Source: Mesotaenium endlicherianum (Eukaryota). Taken from it: DNA of 54,867 bases. The notes under the pieces are model-generated. The model worked only from the letters and a program-made list of their open reading frames with translations. It did no database searches and had not been told where the DNA came from. The position numbers and the translations under genes are program-made. Positions 52,643 to 54,867 of this stretch are shown here, piece after piece. The stretch covers positions 137,259 to 192,125 of the forward strand of contig WELA01002438.1 of the NCBI GenBank assembly GCA_009602735.1, written 5' to 3'. Within the stretch, counting starts at the first letter, position 1. Every line of letters starts with the position of its first letter.

Positions 52643-54209
52643 CTTCGCTTGCAATGCAGCTGACAGCCAGAATGACACCCCAAGAGCTGGCGTGTGCTCG
52701 GTCAGACACGTGGCGAGTGAGTGAGTCAGCGAATTAACAAGTGGAAGGGACTGGCATAAGAAGAGGGTGTGCATGCGAGCGAGCGGTGGGGCGGGCGAGG
52801 GGGCGAGCAAAAGACAGCAGGCCCGGGGGGACGGGGGCCAGAGCCAATTATGCAGAGAAGGGAGAAGCGGGGCCGGTGGGTTCAGGAGCGACCGGCGGAC
52901 GACAGGTGGCATGATTTGGAGGAGTCCTTACAGGCGGAGCGGGGCAGTCAGACTTGCTGCGATGCACGGTGGTGGGAATCTCGCTCCTGAAGTCCTCGTC
53001 CTACAGCTCACAACAACCCCCTCTCCCCCCCACCCCCCCCCAGCCCGTCAGGGACAGGCCAGCCGCGAGTGTGGTGGTGCCTAGGTTCAAGAAGCTCGCT
53101 GCACATGCCAACAATCGAGCACAAGTTTGGACTTTTGACGCAACAGACGGGCATGAACTGCATCGACTGAGGTGGAGGTGCTGGCGGTGGCATGCACCTC
53201 ACGTGCTGGCGTAGAACGTGTTCTTCACTGTATGAAGATTTTGCAACACACACACACGCACACACACGCGTACCCACACACACACACACGCACCCATACA
53301 TGCACACACGCGCGCATACACACACACGCACACCCGCACATTCGCGCACCCGCACATGCACACGCACACACAAACACACAGGGAGAGTGAGAGCGAGAGA
53401 GGGAGCGCACCATGTCGTACACGAACTGGGTGCGGCCGGGCAGAAACATCTCGTTGACTTTGGAGTGAGACAAGTGCGGCCTCACGAGATGCTGATACAC
53501 CACCTGCACAGCGTCCACATGCCGTCACCTCAGCAACGCCACCCTGTCATCAGAGGTGCCCCGGCCTGCAAAGTTTGTAGAGCACGGCCCTCAGCCGCCA
53601 GGTGTTGCGCACGTGAAGTACAGCTGGGAAGGTGCCGCCAGGTGTCAAGCACGTGGCTGAAAGCTCTTGATGATGGGTCAGGGTGCTTATGTAAAGCCTT
53701 AGACATCTGTGGCACACATGGGAAGAGGAAGGGGAGATGCGCGTAATACGCATCATCTCAGGGAAGCTGAACCGAGAGAAATGAGGTGTCAAAACGCACA
53801 TAAATCTGAGAGCATCATTAATCTCCACACCCTCCAAGCTAGGAGGCCAAAAAGGCTGATGTCCCACAGACATAAACACACGCACACAGAGACACACACA
53901 TGCACGCACGCGCACACATACAACTCAAACAGGATTGCTCATGATCCCGTCTCTCTGGGGACGTCAGATTGGTGCTGCAGCTGGCCTTGCTTCCAGACCC
54001 TTCCCTGCCTCCCTCCCTCTCTCACGGAGTTTCCCTCTATCCTTCTCTTACTCACTGCTGCCGGGCCTTGACAGAGCACACATGTGCCCGGGAAGGGCGG
54101 GGAGGGGGCCAGGGCAGGCAAGGAGCAACAATACACAGGGGGCAGCACCTTGGCGGAGGCGGAGCGGAAGACGATTGCGCGATCTTGCTGCTTCTGCTGC
54201 TGCTGCTCC
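48134..54209 (-). CDS. SMU2: RED/IK-family spliceosomal protein (SMU2-like), 5' exons not resolved or outside window
   Basis: Exons 54149-54209, 53411-53503, 52932-53000, 51953-52039, 51324-51357, 50557-51059, 48970-49632, 48134-48412 join in frame; NEMFLPGR, IPTTVHRSKSDCP, LDRISKIMAYLRMGSSGKVLKKKK, YSECYP, KGRLHRWDFESEEEW...EAMPKAAFQFGVK. Confidence 0.9.
49677..49724. repeat. (GCAC)n microsatellite
   Basis: Direct reading; intronic. Confidence 0.9.
50370..50524. repeat. (GA)n microsatellite spanning a small gap
   Basis: Direct reading; intronic. Confidence 0.95.
52583..52638. repeat. Compound (CCT)n(GCT)n microsatellite
   Basis: Direct reading; intronic. Confidence 0.9.
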
Positions 54210-54867
54210 CTGCACGCAGCAACGCGCCCCTTGTCCGCCAGAGAGATCAGAGATCAGACATCAGAGAGGTTGGGAGGAGCAGCGGCCCGCACTGCACGCT
54301 TCGCTGGGCCTCGGCACTCTCTCCCACAAGCAACCAGAGCACGCGGCATATCCACGGAGCTTGCGCTCAAAATCGGGGCAGGCAAGTGCGACGGGAGGAA
54401 TAAGGGAAGAGAGAGAAAAGAAGCAGCAACAGAAAAAGAAGAACAAAAAGAAGAGCAGGGTTTTGAAAGGGGGGGGGGGGGNNNNNNNNNNNNNNNNNNN
54501 NNNNNNNNNNNGGGGGGGGGGGCGTAAAGCAGCAAGAAGCAGTGCACAAGAAGTGCATCCTCCTCTCCCCCCCCTTCTGCTTCTGTACACATTCATCAGG
54601 TGCTGAGGCAGCTAAGGGGCAGCTAGGAGGAGGAGGAAGGGGAGCAAGGTGGCCAACAAACACCCAGCCAGCATGGGAAGAAGGGATATGCCTGCCCCTG
54701 CCCCTACTGCTGCTGTTGCTGTCCTCACACACGTGCTAGCATATATCCAGGCAAGCAAGAAATATGTGGAGGAGGAAAGGATGAGATGAGGAGCATCGAG
54801 AGCACCACCAGCCGATGTCGGGCCTGCAGGCTTTTTTCTCCACACCCCCCCTCCCCCCCCACCCCCC

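Overview
Eukaryotic nuclear DNA with spliceosomal introns. The genes are plant-like and the introns microsatellite-rich, so a streptophyte green alga is my inference; this is not proven. Three host genes are present: a 10-exon cytosolic HSP70 (7989-14334, +), a secreted root-cap-family protein with an N-terminal Cys-rich module (43310-46367, +) and the 3' part of the RED/IK (SMU2-like) splicing factor (48134 to at least 54209, -). More than half the window is retrotransposon. Family A is a young Ty3/gypsy chromovirus: a 5'-truncated copy at 1-6888, a full copy at 27149-35990 (CAATC TSD) and an old solo LTR at 38111-38797. It has a -1 gag-pol frameshift signal and an extra 558-aa ORF of unknown function. 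Family B (15030-37175, minus strand, CTAC TSD, interrupted by the family A copy) is the most unusual object. It is a decayed Ty3/gypsy-type element whose polyprotein carries a C5 DNA methyltransferase between protease and RT and a PHD finger after the integrase. Instead of two ordinary LTRs it has split direct repeats (X-internal-Y-GC-X-Y), no tRNA primer-binding site, and an internal palindromic end-to-end junction. That layout is otherwise typical of tyrosine-recombinase retroelements. All alignments and counts were done by eye.
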